Source: Gonapodya sp. JEL0774
Taxonomy: Eukaryota
Length of the DNA stretch: 35,320 nt
Direction of reading: 5' to 3'
NCBI GenBank assembly: GCA_027604505.1
Contig: JADIIX010000085.1
Span: 62,001-97,320 of the forward strand
Shown: positions 34,383-35,320 of the stretch, in pieces
How the letters are laid out: each line of letters begins with the position of its first letter
Numbering within the stretch: the stretch's first letter is position 1
Made by a program: the position numbers and the translations under genes
The notes under the pieces: model-generated
The model's input: only the letters and a program-made list of their open reading frames with translations
What the model was told of the DNA's origin: nothing
The model's database searches: none

Positions 34383-35320
34383 ATGGACGATAACGAGGAC
34401 ACCACTGAACGAGAAACATGGATATGTGTTATGTGTGATGTGTGAGTAATATGCGAAGCGACTGTTTTTCTTTAAAGTGAGATAATATACTGAAGAGATG
34501 AACAGGGGCCCTTGTATATATTATATATCTCTCCATGTGTGGTGGTAAATGTTGCTTTGAGCAATGACGGGCGAGACAACAAATGGATCGGGTGTGATAT
34601 GTGAGTTGAACTGTGAATACCAAAAGATTTATGAGGTGTGAGTGAGACTGAAATTTTAGATATACAGTTGCAGGGACATTAGCAAACCCCACCAATGATC
34701 TGCATGTCAGTATTGTGCGACTGGATGGTGTCATTCCTCCAACATATCTTATGTGTGTGGGCACAGAATGTGCACCAAAGGCTTGGCCCCTAACCACTGC
34801 TCTCTTGAGGATGCAGAGGACATTCTGCAGGCTGTCATCTCGACTTAAAACCACGAGCGCCACTCAACAACCAAATGCATACCTGACGAGCTATTCTACA
34901 GCAGAACCACTGCCAGTTTCAATGCACCACCTAGCCTTTGTTGTCAGATCGTAGATCAAACTCTATTGCGGGAAGAGCACCAACAACTCATCGCAACTGC
35001 TCACAAAAACATGGTTGCAGCAAGAACAAAAGCGGTTGCAAGGTGAGTCCCTGGGCAACACTGACTTTGTTATTGATCACTGAATCAGATGGCTCAACTT
35101 CCTCAGCACCTCAGCGTGGGTGACTGCGTGTTTGTTCGCAAGGTAGTTCGGGGTCTCTGTAAACAGCCAGGACCACTTTGCGCTCACACGGCAACAATCA
35201 TCAATGTCAACAGTGAAAAATACCTGTACCAGTTGCGATGGACTCACCAGGGCCCAAATTTGGATGATGTACCTGGCACACAAGCAGCAAGGTGGTTCCA
35301 CCAGCGAAACCTCAGGGCCA
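34383..35320 (+). mobile_element. Decayed integrase-like transposon relic with a PHD-like finger (pseudogene; runs off the window)
   Basis: WICVMC, KWIGCD, CRDISKPHQ*SACQYC...YVCGHRMC, then in the same frame (from 34669) ILQAVIST*NHERHSTTKCIPDELFYSR and LSVGDCVFVRK...ATIINV..YLYQLRW...RWFHQRNLR; five in-frame stops. Confidence 0.6.

Overview
Intron-rich, gene-dense eukaryotic DNA. It is most likely from a zoosporic (flagellated, chytrid-like) fungus, inferred from short GT-AG introns, fungal-type proteins and a CLAMP-family flagellar gene. I reconstructed about 14 spliced genes by hand: a plant-type LRR-TM-SH3 receptor-like protein, a SMYD-type SET/MYND protein, THG1, a CLAMP/C8orf74-like flagellar protein, a Rubisco-LSMT/SETD3-like methyltransferase, a coiled-coil protein, a C2H2 transcription factor, an NmrA-like protein, a UBC6/UBE2J-type E2, a CoA-binding protein, a strongly divergent beta-tubulin, a DUF3712-like membrane protein, a degenerate SprT-like protein and a bacterial-type xylose-dehydrogenase-like SDR. 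There is also a frameshifted MYND gene and a decayed PHD/integrase-like relic at the right end. Most notable observations: introns in the GC-rich block with G-rich 5' ends and complementary C-rich 3' ends; a beta-tubulin naturally carrying E198A and lacking an acidic tail; a probable intronised bacterial HGT; the LRR-TM-SH3 receptor; and an ATGA stop/start overlap ahead of THG1. All family calls are by motif recognition, not database search, and exon boundaries are manual predictions.
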